From Oscillospiraceae bacterium (GTDB lineage Bacteria; Bacillota; Clostridia; Oscillospirales; Oscillospiraceae): 44,151 bases of DNA. Below the pieces are notes generated by a model. That model was not told where the DNA came from and ran no database searches. It saw only the letters and a list, made by a program, of their open reading frames with translations. This document shows, in pieces, positions 1 to 7,052 of the stretch (the first letter of the stretch is position 1; every line of letters begins with the position of its first letter). Both the position numbers and the translations under genes were made by a program. Location: positions 1 through 44,151 of the forward strand of contig JAISAA010000263.1 in assembly GCA_031266955.1 (NCBI GenBank). Direction: 5' to 3'.

Positions 1-482
1 AACAAATCTATAAAATCAGCCATAGGCTCCGGATTGAAGCAGCACGCGCCGCCCGCTATCACAAGCGGAGTCAAGCTTTCCCGCTCGGACGAGCGCCGCG
101 GCAGTCCGGCGAGACCCAGCATATTAAGCGCCGCCGTGTAAGCCAGCTCATATCCGAACGAGAACGCGATGATATCGAATTCCGGTAAGCCGTCCCCGGA
201 TTCGAGCGCGAAAAGCGGGAGCCCGGCCTTTCGCATTTCCTCGTCCATATCGCCCCACGGGGCGAAAACGCGCTCACACCACACGCCGTCGAGCCTGTTC
301 GCTAAGTCGTAGAGTATGCGCATACCGAGGTTTGACATTCCAATCTCATACGTGTCCGGGAAGCAGAGCGCTATGCGCAGGTCGAGCTTTGATTTATCCT
401 TTACGATTTGATTGAACTCCCCGCCGGCGTAGCGCGCGGGCTTTTGTACGCGCGGGAGTATCCGCGCAAGCTTTTCGTTCAT
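1..482 (-). CDS. Radical SAM protein with B12-binding-like N-terminus (TIGR03960-like); 5' part only, continues past window start
   Basis: Absent from the ORF track because it is open at the window edge. Manual reverse-strand translation from ATG 482-480 (GGAG at 494-491, 8-nt spacer) reads MNEKLARILPRVQKPARYAGGEFNQIVKDKSKLDLRIALCFPDTYEIGMSNLGMRILYDLANRLDGVWCERVFAPWGDMDEEMRKAGLPLFALESG...VIAGGACCFNPEPMADFIDL, with no stop down to position 1. I associate the KPxRYxGGExN and FPDxYExGMSxLG pattern with the TIGR03960 radical SAM family. The listed ORF 71..277 is an out-of-frame shadow. Confidence 0.7.
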   Translation of the reverse strand, partial: MNEKLARILPRVQKPARYAGGEFNQIVKDKSKLDLRIALCFPDTYEIGMSNLGMRILYDLANRLDGVWCERVFAPWGDMDEEMRKAGLPLFALESGDGLPEFDIIAFSFGYELAYTAALNMLGLAGLPRRSSERESLTPLVIAGGACCFNPEPMADFIDL

Positions 483-509
483 TTGTATATCTCCGATAAT
501 TTTGGGGCT

Positions 510-1745
510 TTACCAGTCCCGGGTGTATTTCGAGCTTCCGGACGGGCGGGCGTCGTCCCAGACCTCGGCGGCGTCGTAAAATTTCATATATCTGTTGCGC
601 TCGTGCCTCAGCGTGACGCCGTCGGAGTGCATCCTGTCGCATATCACGGCGCTGATCTCTTTTTTAATTTTTGAGTACGACTCCACGCCCACGGACGCGA
701 ACACGCGGAAGCCGAGGCTGTGGTAGTAGCGGAACGCCTCGCCCGTCTTTGTCACGTCGTCCCCGTCAAGGCGCGAGCCGAACGGATACACCATCAGCTT
801 TGTGGGCCCGATGAGAGAGCCGACCTCCGCCATCCACCTATCGGCGTCGCCCTTCGACTTGGAAAACGAGGCCGTGTTGAGATTGATATGCCCCCAGCTA
901 TGTGAGGCGAAATACCAGCCCGTATCCTTCAGCCGCTTCACGATAGGCTTGACGCGCGCGATCTCGCTCTGCCTCCGCGCCTCGAACTCGGGCGAGGAAT
1001 CCTTGGAGTCGGTCTGCGTGCGGTAGCCCAGAATGCCGTTATAGCCCGTCAGGCAGATAAGGCCCTTGGCCCCGCCGAGCGAAAAATCCGGATGGTCTTT
1101 TACGAATTTGTCGAGGATCGTCACGCAGTCGATGTCCTGAGAGATGACCTCGTTCCCGGCGGGGTCCTTGCCGTAGCTCCAGATATCGCCGTCGCGCCCG
1201 ATTATCAGCCTGTACGGGAAGCCGTTGTCCATCATATATTCGTAGTAGCTGATATCGTCGAACGAAATTATGATCGGCTTCTTGCCCTCCGGTATCATAA
1301 GCGTCTCGCGCTTCATATACGGGCTGCCGCTCTCGTCGGCGTACTCGTTCCAGACGTCGTTCATATTGACGATTATGTAATCCTTGTCGTACAGGCTTTG
1401 CAGTATCTTTTTGTATTCCTCCACCGTGACCATATACATATCGAAGCCCTCCTCCTGAGAGTCGCCGTCAAAGGCCTGCTCCGTATACGCGATGGGCGTG
1501 TGGAAAAAAAGATGCTCGACTATCCCGTCGTACGGGACGAGCCGGTCTGCCGCGGGCGATATCGCCTCCGTCGCCGCGGGCGACCGTATCGCGTGTATCG
1601 TCCCGTCCGGCGTCGGCTCCGCGGGAGTCTCAGAATACGCCGGGGACTCAAAATCCGGCGCGGGCGCCGTTCCCGCGTCCCCGCACGAAGTCAGGGACAG
1701 AGTCAGGAACGCCGCTGAACATAGCGCTGCAATAAGCTTTTTCAT
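510..1745 (-). CDS. Polysaccharide deacetylase (NodB-domain) lipoprotein
   Basis: ORF track gives 510..1799. I prefer the internal ATG at 1745, which yields MKKLIAALCSAAFLTLSLTSCGD (signal peptide plus lipobox L-T-S-C). NodB-type motifs are present: IISFDD, FASHSWGH, MVYPFG. The stop is only 27 nt from the downstream radical SAM start, suggesting co-transcription. Confidence 0.75.
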   Translation of the reverse strand: MKKLIAALCSAAFLTLSLTSCGDAGTAPAPDFESPAYSETPAEPTPDGTIHAIRSPAATEAISPAADRLVPYDGIVEHLFFHTPIAYTEQAFDGDSQEEGFDMYMVTVEEYKKILQSLYDKDYIIVNMNDVWNEYADESGSPYMKRETLMIPEGKKPIIISFDDISYYEYMMDNGFPYRLIIGRDGDIWSYGKDPAGNEVISQDIDCVTILDKFVKDHPDFSLGGAKGLICLTGYNGILGYRTQTDSKDSSPEFEARRQSEIARVKPIVKRLKDTGWYFASHSWGHINLNTASFSKSKGDADRWMAEVGSLIGPTKLMVYPFGSRLDGDDVTKTGEAFRYYHSLGFRVFASVGVESYSKIKKEISAVICDRMHSDGVTLRHERNRYMKFYDAAEVWDDARPSGSSKYTRDW

Positions 1746-1792
1746 ATAATCACCCCAAAAAACTTTTTTTATTATAGCATACGCCGCGGTGA

Positions 1793-1821
1793 TTGACAAT
1801 CACAAAACTTTGGTGTACAAT
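1793..1821 (+). promoter_or_regulatory. SigA/sigma-70-type promoter for the 1869 gene
   Basis: TTGACA (1793-1798), 17-nt spacer, TACAAT (1816-1821). AAGGAGG RBS at 1854-1860 precedes ATG 1869. Confidence 0.6.
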
Positions 1822-1868
1822 TGAGTAAATCTTAGTAAATACAGAAAAACATTAAGGAGGTATTTCAA

Positions 1869-2954
1869 ATGTCAACCGCTTCAATCCCGTTCGATCCCAA
1901 GGAAATCAGCGAGGCCACCACTATTCCGGGCTTCGGCGCCGGCAGCCCCACCGTGATCTTCAAGTATCCCGTGTCCCCGCGCGAGGGGTACAACGCCGTC
2001 TACCGGAGAAAACCGCTCTGGCAGGTGACGGGCTCCGAGCAAGCAATGTTCTCCCCCAAGGTAAACCCCGACAACATCGCGCGCGCTTTCGTTTTCGACG
2101 CGAGCGGCTTCCCAATGGGCTCCGGCGGCGGCCCCGATATGTTCGGCATAGAGTGGGAGTACGTCCCGCAGGTCGGCGGGAGTATGGTGCGCCCCGGCAA
2201 GCCGTTCATCGAGGACGCGAACGAGATCGCCGAAAAGCTCGTCTGGCCGGACATTGAAAAATGGGACTGGGAGGAAAACGCGAAGGCGAACGCCAAATTC
2301 TCCGACGGCAATCGCTCCGTCGTCGCATGGTTCCTCAACGGCTGGTATGAGCGGCTCATCTCCTTTATGGACTTCGAGGGCGCGATAATGGCCGTGTTCG
2401 ACGAGGACCAAAAGGACGCTGTCAAAGACTTTTTCAGCAAGCTCTCCGACCTGTACATAAAAATCTTTGACAAGTATCTTCAGCATTTCCCGTTCATCGA
2501 CGGCTTCTGTATCCACGACGACTGGGGCAGCCAGAAGGAGACTTTCTTCTCGCCCGCCGTCGCGAACGAGATGATCGTGCCGTATATGCGCCGCGTCACG
2601 GACTATCTGCACTCGCGCGGGAAATACTGCGACCTGCACTCCTGCGGCCAGGCCTACAAGCAGATCCCGAACTTCATCGCCGGCGGCTGGGACTCCTGGA
2701 GCGGCCAGAATATGAACGACACTCATAAAATCTATGAGGACTACGGCGATAAAATACTTATCGGCGTAACTCCCGAGATATTCGACCCGACGACGCTGAC
2801 GGAGGACGAGCAGCGCGCGCGCGCCCGCGAGTACGCGGAAAAATTCTGCCGCGCCGACAAGCCCTCGATTTTCAACTACTACGGCGCGTCCGTGCAGACA
2901 AGGGCGTACAGCGAGGAGCTGTATAAGCAGTCGCGGATGAATTACTCGAAATAG
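1869..2954 (+). CDS. Uroporphyrinogen decarboxylase (URO-D) superfamily protein, MtaA/CmuA-like methyltransferase-type
   Basis: 361-aa ORF with a strong RBS. Length and segments such as PDMFGIEWEYVP, FMDFEGAIMAVFDE and GFCIHDDWGSQ resemble URO-D-family proteins common in anaerobic Firmicutes. This is fold-level recognition only; the substrate is unknown. Confidence 0.45.
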   Translation: MSTASIPFDPKEISEATTIPGFGAGSPTVIFKYPVSPREGYNAVYRRKPLWQVTGSEQAMFSPKVNPDNIARAFVFDASGFPMGSGGGPDMFGIEWEYVPQVGGSMVRPGKPFIEDANEIAEKLVWPDIEKWDWEENAKANAKFSDGNRSVVAWFLNGWYERLISFMDFEGAIMAVFDEDQKDAVKDFFSKLSDLYIKIFDKYLQHFPFIDGFCIHDDWGSQKETFFSPAVANEMIVPYMRRVTDYLHSRGKYCDLHSCGQAYKQIPNFIAGGWDSWSGQNMNDTHKIYEDYGDKILIGVTPEIFDPTTLTEDEQRARAREYAEKFCRADKPSIFNYYGASVQTRAYSEELYKQSRMNYSK

Positions 2955-2976
2955 AGCGAGAGCGGCAAAACAACAA

Positions 2977-3008
2977 GCGGCGCCCCCGGTGAAAGCCGGG
3001 GGCGCCGC
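2977..3008. terminator. Bidirectional intrinsic terminator between convergent genes
   Basis: GCGGCGCCCCCGG (2977-2989), loop TGAAAG, CCGGGGGCGCCGC (2996-3008): a 13-bp GC-rich stem. It has T-rich sequence downstream on the + strand and A-rich sequence upstream (T-rich for the - strand). It sits between stop 2954 (+) and stop 3035 (-). Confidence 0.7.
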
Positions 3009-3034
3009 CGTATTGTCTTATCGTTTCCGGGATT

Positions 3035-3934
3035 TTAAGCGGCGGGCTTCGCCGCGACGAACAGCGTATCGTTGTTCTCGTCGCCGCCGTCAAAGAAATC
3101 GTACATCGTAAAGTTGTATATAAACCGCTCGGCGGGGATGACGCCGTAGCCGTCCTGATTGTGATCCGTCGTGTCGTAAGGGTCGGCGACGATTAGTACA
3201 TCGTCGCTTTCGAGCTCGGTGCCCATCGTGTCGTAGCCGATGATCGACTGCCAGTGGCCGCCCCAATCGTTCCAGCAGATCAGTACCGGAGTTCCCTCGG
3301 CGAGAAATGTTTGAATAGTATCGAGCCAAAATTCGCCGTCGAAATTGCGCGTGGATACGACGTCGAAGCCGCCGGCCTTTTCAAAAATCTCAAGCATTTC
3401 GTCGAGCGAGGTCGCCGACGGCTCCAAACCCTGCGGACGGAACTCCGAAACGGCCATTTCGTCTAAGGCGCCCGGGTTCCCGAAATATTCTATGACCGTC
3501 AGCGCCGCGGCGGGGCCGCAGCTCCATTCGCTTGTCTGCTGCACCGTTTTGTATTCCGGCAAAATGGTCAGCGTGTCGGTCGATACCATATTGTAAAAAT
3601 CAAGCTTGGCGAAGTACGGGCTGTCGGGGTGGTCGCCGTCGCGCTCCGTGAAATACGCCACGCCGCCCTCATAATAGCCGTCGGCGCCGTCGTCGGGGGA
3701 TATGTCGCGTCCGTAGGGTATCTTCATTTCGCTTGTGTAATTGCCGGAGCCGGAAGGTGTGAGCGCGGGGGATTCCGGGGATTCAGAAGCTTCGGGGGGC
3801 CCGTCGGGGGTCTGCGATTCCGGCGGCGGCTCGGAAGCTCCGGGGGGCGTTGTCCCGCCGGCGCAGCCGGCCGCGAGGAGAGCAAGGGTCGCGATGAGTG
3901 TGCATACTAAAAGCAGCGTAAGGGGTCTTTTCAT
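3035..3934 (-). CDS. C39-like (papain-fold) cysteine peptidase lipoprotein
   Basis: ORF 3035..3937 begins with TTG. The ATG at 3934 gives MKRPLTLLLVCTLIATLALLAAGCAGG (lipobox L-A-A-G-C). A Pro/Glu/Ser-rich linker follows. Then come the catalytic-type signatures SEWSCGPAAALTV (Cys), GGHWQSIIGYD (His) and VADPYD, as in Peptidase_C39_2-like domains. Confidence 0.65.
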   Translation of the reverse strand: MKRPLTLLLVCTLIATLALLAAGCAGGTTPPGASEPPPESQTPDGPPEASESPESPALTPSGSGNYTSEMKIPYGRDISPDDGADGYYEGGVAYFTERDGDHPDSPYFAKLDFYNMVSTDTLTILPEYKTVQQTSEWSCGPAAALTVIEYFGNPGALDEMAVSEFRPQGLEPSATSLDEMLEIFEKAGGFDVVSTRNFDGEFWLDTIQTFLAEGTPVLICWNDWGGHWQSIIGYDTMGTELESDDVLIVADPYDTTDHNQDGYGVIPAERFIYNFTMYDFFDGGDENNDTLFVAAKPAA

Positions 3935-3988
3935 CAATTCTACCGTCCTTTTTATTTTTTGCCCGGCGGCGACCGCCGGTACGCTTAC

Positions 3989-4017
3989 AGTATCGCATAA
4001 AACCGCGCGGGTGTCAA
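3989..4017 (-). promoter_or_regulatory. Possible promoter for the peptidase lipoprotein gene
   Basis: On the minus strand: TTGACA (4017-4012), 17-nt spacer, TGcGATACT extended -10 (hexamer 3994-3989). The -10 matches only 4 of 6 positions. Confidence 0.35.
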
Positions 4018-4074
4018 GAGCGGATGAGCAATACGCACGATTAAGATATAACTTAATTTATTTACAATTACCGC

Positions 4075-4103
4075 TTGCAAATCAGTTGTATCTGCGCTAT
4101 AAT
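4075..4103 (+). promoter_or_regulatory. SigA-type promoter for the 4145 ATPase gene
   Basis: TTGCAA (4075-4080), 17-nt spacer, TATAAT (4098-4103), in an AT-rich intergenic region. Confidence 0.55.
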
Positions 4104-4144
4104 GGCTTTACTGTTATTGGTAATGGGAAGGAGTGTATGTTTTC

Positions 4145-5359
4145 ATGATCAAAAGAGAAGCGTATATGAGCCGCATCCGTCCGTTTATCGGAAGCGAGCT
4201 TATTAAGGTTTTGACCGGCATCCGGCGTAGCGGCAAATCAGTTATGTTAGAGCTGATACAGGAGGAGTTGATCGCGCAGGGGATTTCCGGCTCTCAGTTT
4301 ATAAGGCTCAATTTTGAGGATATGGGCAACGCGCGGCTATGTACCGCCGAGGCCCTGCATAAAGAGGTCACGCAGAGGATCTCCCATATCGAGGGGAAGG
4401 CGTACCTTTTCTTCGATGAAATTCAAGAGGTTTCGGAATGGGAAAGATGCGTGAACTCATTACGCGTGGAGTTTGACTGCGACGTCTACATCACGGGCTC
4501 TAACGCCAAGCTGCTTTCGGGCGAGCTTGCGACGTACCTTGCCGGAAGGTATGTCGAGTTTATTATCTACCCATTTTCCTTTGGGGAGTTTTTGGAGCTG
4601 TTTACTTCTGTATTTCCAAAGGCACAGAAGCAAGAGGCGTTCACAAGGTATCTGACCCTCGGCGGTATGCCGTATCTCGGAAACCTCCGTTACGAGGATA
4701 TGCCGGCGCAGATATACCTGCGGGATTTATTTAATTCGGTCGTCCTCAAGGACGTTGTAAAACGCAACAGAGTTCGCGACGTCGATCTGTTAGAGCGCAT
4801 TATCGCTTATGTATTCGGCGGCGTCGGAACGACCTTTTCGGCGGCGTCGATCTCAAAATACTTTAAGAGCGAAAACCGCGTGACGGCGCCCGAAACGATC
4901 ATGAACTACATCAATTATTGCACGGACGCGTTCCTGTTCTATCAAGTCCGCAGGCAGGATATACAGGGCAAGCGGCTGCTTGCGGTAAATGAAAAATACT
5001 ACGCCGCCGATCACGGCATCCGCGAGGCCGTTTACGGCGGCAACATGAAGGACGTCAATCTCATACTAGAGAACATAGTTTACATCGAGCTGCTTCGGCG
5101 GGGATACAAGGTCACTGTCGGAAAGGCGGGGGCAAAGGAGATCGACTTCGTCTGCGAAAAGACGAATGAAAAGCTCTATGTTCAGGTTTCCTACCTCCTC
5201 GCGTCGGAAGAAACGATCCGGCGCGAATTCGGCGCGTACGAAGCCATACGGGATAATTTCCCGAAGTATGTCGTGTCGCTGGATGAGCTTGATATGAGCC
5301 GCGAAGGGATAAAACACAAAAACATCCGGGATTTTCTGCTCGCTCCTGATTGGAATTGA
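4145..5359 (+). CDS. AAA-family ATPase with C-terminal DUF4143-type domain (AAA_14/COG1373-like)
   Basis: ORF track starts at GTG 4133. The in-frame ATG at 4145 lies 11 nt after GGGAAGGAG. Walker A is GIRRSGKS and Walker B is YLFFDEIQ. The C-terminal KEIDFVCEK...LYVQVSY block is typical of this family. Confidence 0.75.
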   Translation: MIKREAYMSRIRPFIGSELIKVLTGIRRSGKSVMLELIQEELIAQGISGSQFIRLNFEDMGNARLCTAEALHKEVTQRISHIEGKAYLFFDEIQEVSEWERCVNSLRVEFDCDVYITGSNAKLLSGELATYLAGRYVEFIIYPFSFGEFLELFTSVFPKAQKQEAFTRYLTLGGMPYLGNLRYEDMPAQIYLRDLFNSVVLKDVVKRNRVRDVDLLERIIAYVFGGVGTTFSAASISKYFKSENRVTAPETIMNYINYCTDAFLFYQVRRQDIQGKRLLAVNEKYYAADHGIREAVYGGNMKDVNLILENIVYIELLRRGYKVTVGKAGAKEIDFVCEKTNEKLYVQVSYLLASEETIRREFGAYEAIRDNFPKYVVSLDELDMSREGIKHKNIRDFLLAPDWN

Positions 5360-5401
5360 GCCGGATTTTTGTATTTTGGGACGGATACTATGTGATACGC
5401 G

Positions 5402-6700
5402 TCACGCTTTCAGGCAAAACACGGCGTAAAGCGGAACGCTCTTGATACCGTTTTCAAATCCGAAGTTTTTTGCCGATACGCGGATTGAGTAGGCGGGCTT
5501 GTAAATATCACGGTAGCTTCGCAGGCTTTTGGAGCGCACGTTTTCCGCCGACTTCGCCTCTAACGGGATGATGTTCCCGGACTTTTCCTGAAAGACAAAA
5601 TCCACCTCGGCCTTGCCCGGCGAGGTCCAGTAATACGGAGTGATGCCGTTTGCCGTAAGCGCTTGGCAGATATAATTTTCGGCCAAGGCGCCTTTGAAGC
5701 CGTTAAAGGTGTGGGGCGTATGGAGAACCGCGTTTGGCGGGATGTCGGACTTGGAGCACAGCAGCCCCGTGTCCGCCATATAGACCTTAAAAGTTCCGTT
5801 TTGCGCATATGCCGACAATGGCAGCTTGCACTCCGTTACATTGACGCACTTGTGGATCATCCCGGCGGCTTTCAGCCAGTCCAGCGCCGTCTCGTAATCG
5901 TTCGCCCGCGCCCCGGTCCTTATTATCTTGTATTGGAATTTATGATTTTCCTTTGCGAGCTGCGCGGGTACGGAGGCCCACGCAGCCATAATGCGCGCGG
6001 TTTCTTGCGGCGTAGCGTATTTCGCCATATCCGCGATATACGAATCGTTAAGCGTTTTAAGAACCGCCGTGACAAAGTCAAAATCCTGCTTATCGGCGTA
6101 TTCCAGTACGGCGCGGGGCATACCGCCCACCGCGAGGTACGTTTTGTAAAGGTCCGTCGCGGTATTGTGCAGGGACATCGGTGTAAAGCCCTCATACGCC
6201 TCCCGTATCAGGCCGCATAGCTCGCGCCGGCCCATCGCCCACAGAAATTCCTCGAAATCCATAGGGGAAAGGTGAAGCATATCGACCTTGCCGACGGGGA
6301 AAGAGAATTTTTCGCGCTTTATAGCTACGCCGAGCAGGCTGCCCGCCGCTGTAACGTGATATTGCGGCGCGCGCTCCGCGAAATATTTAAGCGAGGTCAG
6401 GGCTTGCTCGCACGCCTGTATCTCGTCGAATATAAGCAGCGTATCGCCCGGCAGGATCGTAAGGCCGCGCCGTGCCGCCAATTCGCGGACGATCCGCTCA
6501 GGGGCCAAATCGCGCTCAAATACGGCGGAAAGCTCCTTTGCTTCCTCCATACTGAAATACGCGACGTTTTTATAATGCCGCTTCCCGAACGACAAAAGCG
6601 CATGGGTTTTTCCCACCTGCCGGGCCCCCTGTAGAAGCAAGGGCAGCCTATCGGGATCGTTTTTCCACGATAAGAGCGATTCCTCTATTTTGCGTTCCAT
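5402..6700 (-). CDS. AAA-family ATPase with C-terminal DUF4143-type (PD-(D/E)xK-like) domain
   Basis: 432-aa ORF. Walker A is GARQVGKT and Walker B is LLIFDEIQ. The C-terminal block is GKAEVDFVFQ...IIPLEAKS (D...ExK-like). GAGGTG RBS precedes ATG 6700. Confidence 0.75.
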   Translation of the reverse strand: MERKIEESLLSWKNDPDRLPLLLQGARQVGKTHALLSFGKRHYKNVAYFSMEEAKELSAVFERDLAPERIVRELAARRGLTILPGDTLLIFDEIQACEQALTSLKYFAERAPQYHVTAAGSLLGVAIKREKFSFPVGKVDMLHLSPMDFEEFLWAMGRRELCGLIREAYEGFTPMSLHNTATDLYKTYLAVGGMPRAVLEYADKQDFDFVTAVLKTLNDSYIADMAKYATPQETARIMAAWASVPAQLAKENHKFQYKIIRTGARANDYETALDWLKAAGMIHKCVNVTECKLPLSAYAQNGTFKVYMADTGLLCSKSDIPPNAVLHTPHTFNGFKGALAENYICQALTANGITPYYWTSPGKAEVDFVFQEKSGNIIPLEAKSAENVRSKSLRSYRDIYKPAYSIRVSAKNFGFENGIKSVPLYAVFCLKA

Positions 6701-6722
6701 AAAGTGCTATCACCTCACATTT

Positions 6723-6750
6723 ATTATACCCTAAAAAAGCGAAAGGTCAA
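6723..6750 (-). promoter_or_regulatory. SigA-type promoter for the 5402-6700 ATPase gene
   Basis: On the minus strand: TTGACC (6750-6745), 16-nt spacer, TATAAT (6728-6723). Confidence 0.5.
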
Positions 6751-6793
6751 GTATTTTTTAATTTGCGCATATAATTTTTGTGCTGCAAACCCC

Positions 6794-6822
6794 TTGACAA
6801 CTTCTTCCGTCCGGTGTATAGT
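6794..6822 (+). promoter_or_regulatory. Near-consensus SigA-type promoter upstream of the SBP and giant genes
   Basis: TTGACA (6794-6799), 17-nt spacer, TATAGT (6817-6822). It is divergent from the 6723-6750 promoter and is the only good + strand promoter I see before 7053. Confidence 0.6.
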
Positions 6823-6836
6823 AAGCTTAGACCCTT

Positions 6837-6932
6837 GGAATTCTAAAGAGAATTCCGAAAAAAATTAAAAATTCCGAAACGGCGCGCCGTTTCGTGCGCT
6901 TCCTTAATTTGAACACAAATAAGGAAGCGCAC
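6837..6932 (+). promoter_or_regulatory. Three consecutive perfect hairpins in the ~230-nt 5' leader
   Basis: Hairpin A: GGAATTC-TAAAGA-GAATTCC (6837-6856). Hairpin B: the 20-nt perfect palindrome CGAAACGGCGCGCCGTTTCG (6875-6894). Hairpin C: GTGCGCTTCCTTA, 13-nt loop, TAAGGAAGCGCAC (6894-6932, 13-bp stem). AATTCCGAAA occurs twice (6851-6860, 6871-6880). None is followed by a canonical T-run; only TTTT at 6939-6942. Confidence 0.5.
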
Positions 6933-7052
6933 GAAGGATTTTCAGCCGCTGTTTGAGCGCGCGGGCGGCGGAGCCCGGCGTCGGGATTTGGATCCGGACG
7001 GTCAAAGCGGACAAGATCAAAGCGAACAAAATGGAGGCATAGGTGTAAAGAG

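Noticed and set aside
71-277. 68-aa minus-strand ORF from the track
   Set aside because: It is out of frame within the edge-truncated radical SAM gene, whose translation has clear family motifs.
3962-3978. Hairpin CCGGCGG-CGA-CCGCCGG next to a T-run as a terminator
   Set aside because: The T-run precedes rather than follows the stem on the + strand, and an A-run follows it on the - strand. It lies in the 5' UTR of the peptidase gene and is not a convincing terminator.
4133-4144. GTG 4133 as the start of the first ATPase, and similarly 1799 for the deacetylase and TTG 3937 for the peptidase
   Set aside because: Downstream in-frame ATGs (4145, 1745, 3934) have better RBS spacing. They also give proper N-termini: the family-typical N-terminus for the ATPase, and a signal peptide beginning MKK/MKR for the two lipoproteins.
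6752-6875. Invertible-promoter (inverton) idea: A/T-rich inverted match TTTTTAATTT flanking the 6794-6822 promoter
   Set aside because: The match is only ~10 nt of pure A/T, which is easily chance. No recombinase gene is nearby, and the promoter already faces the genes.
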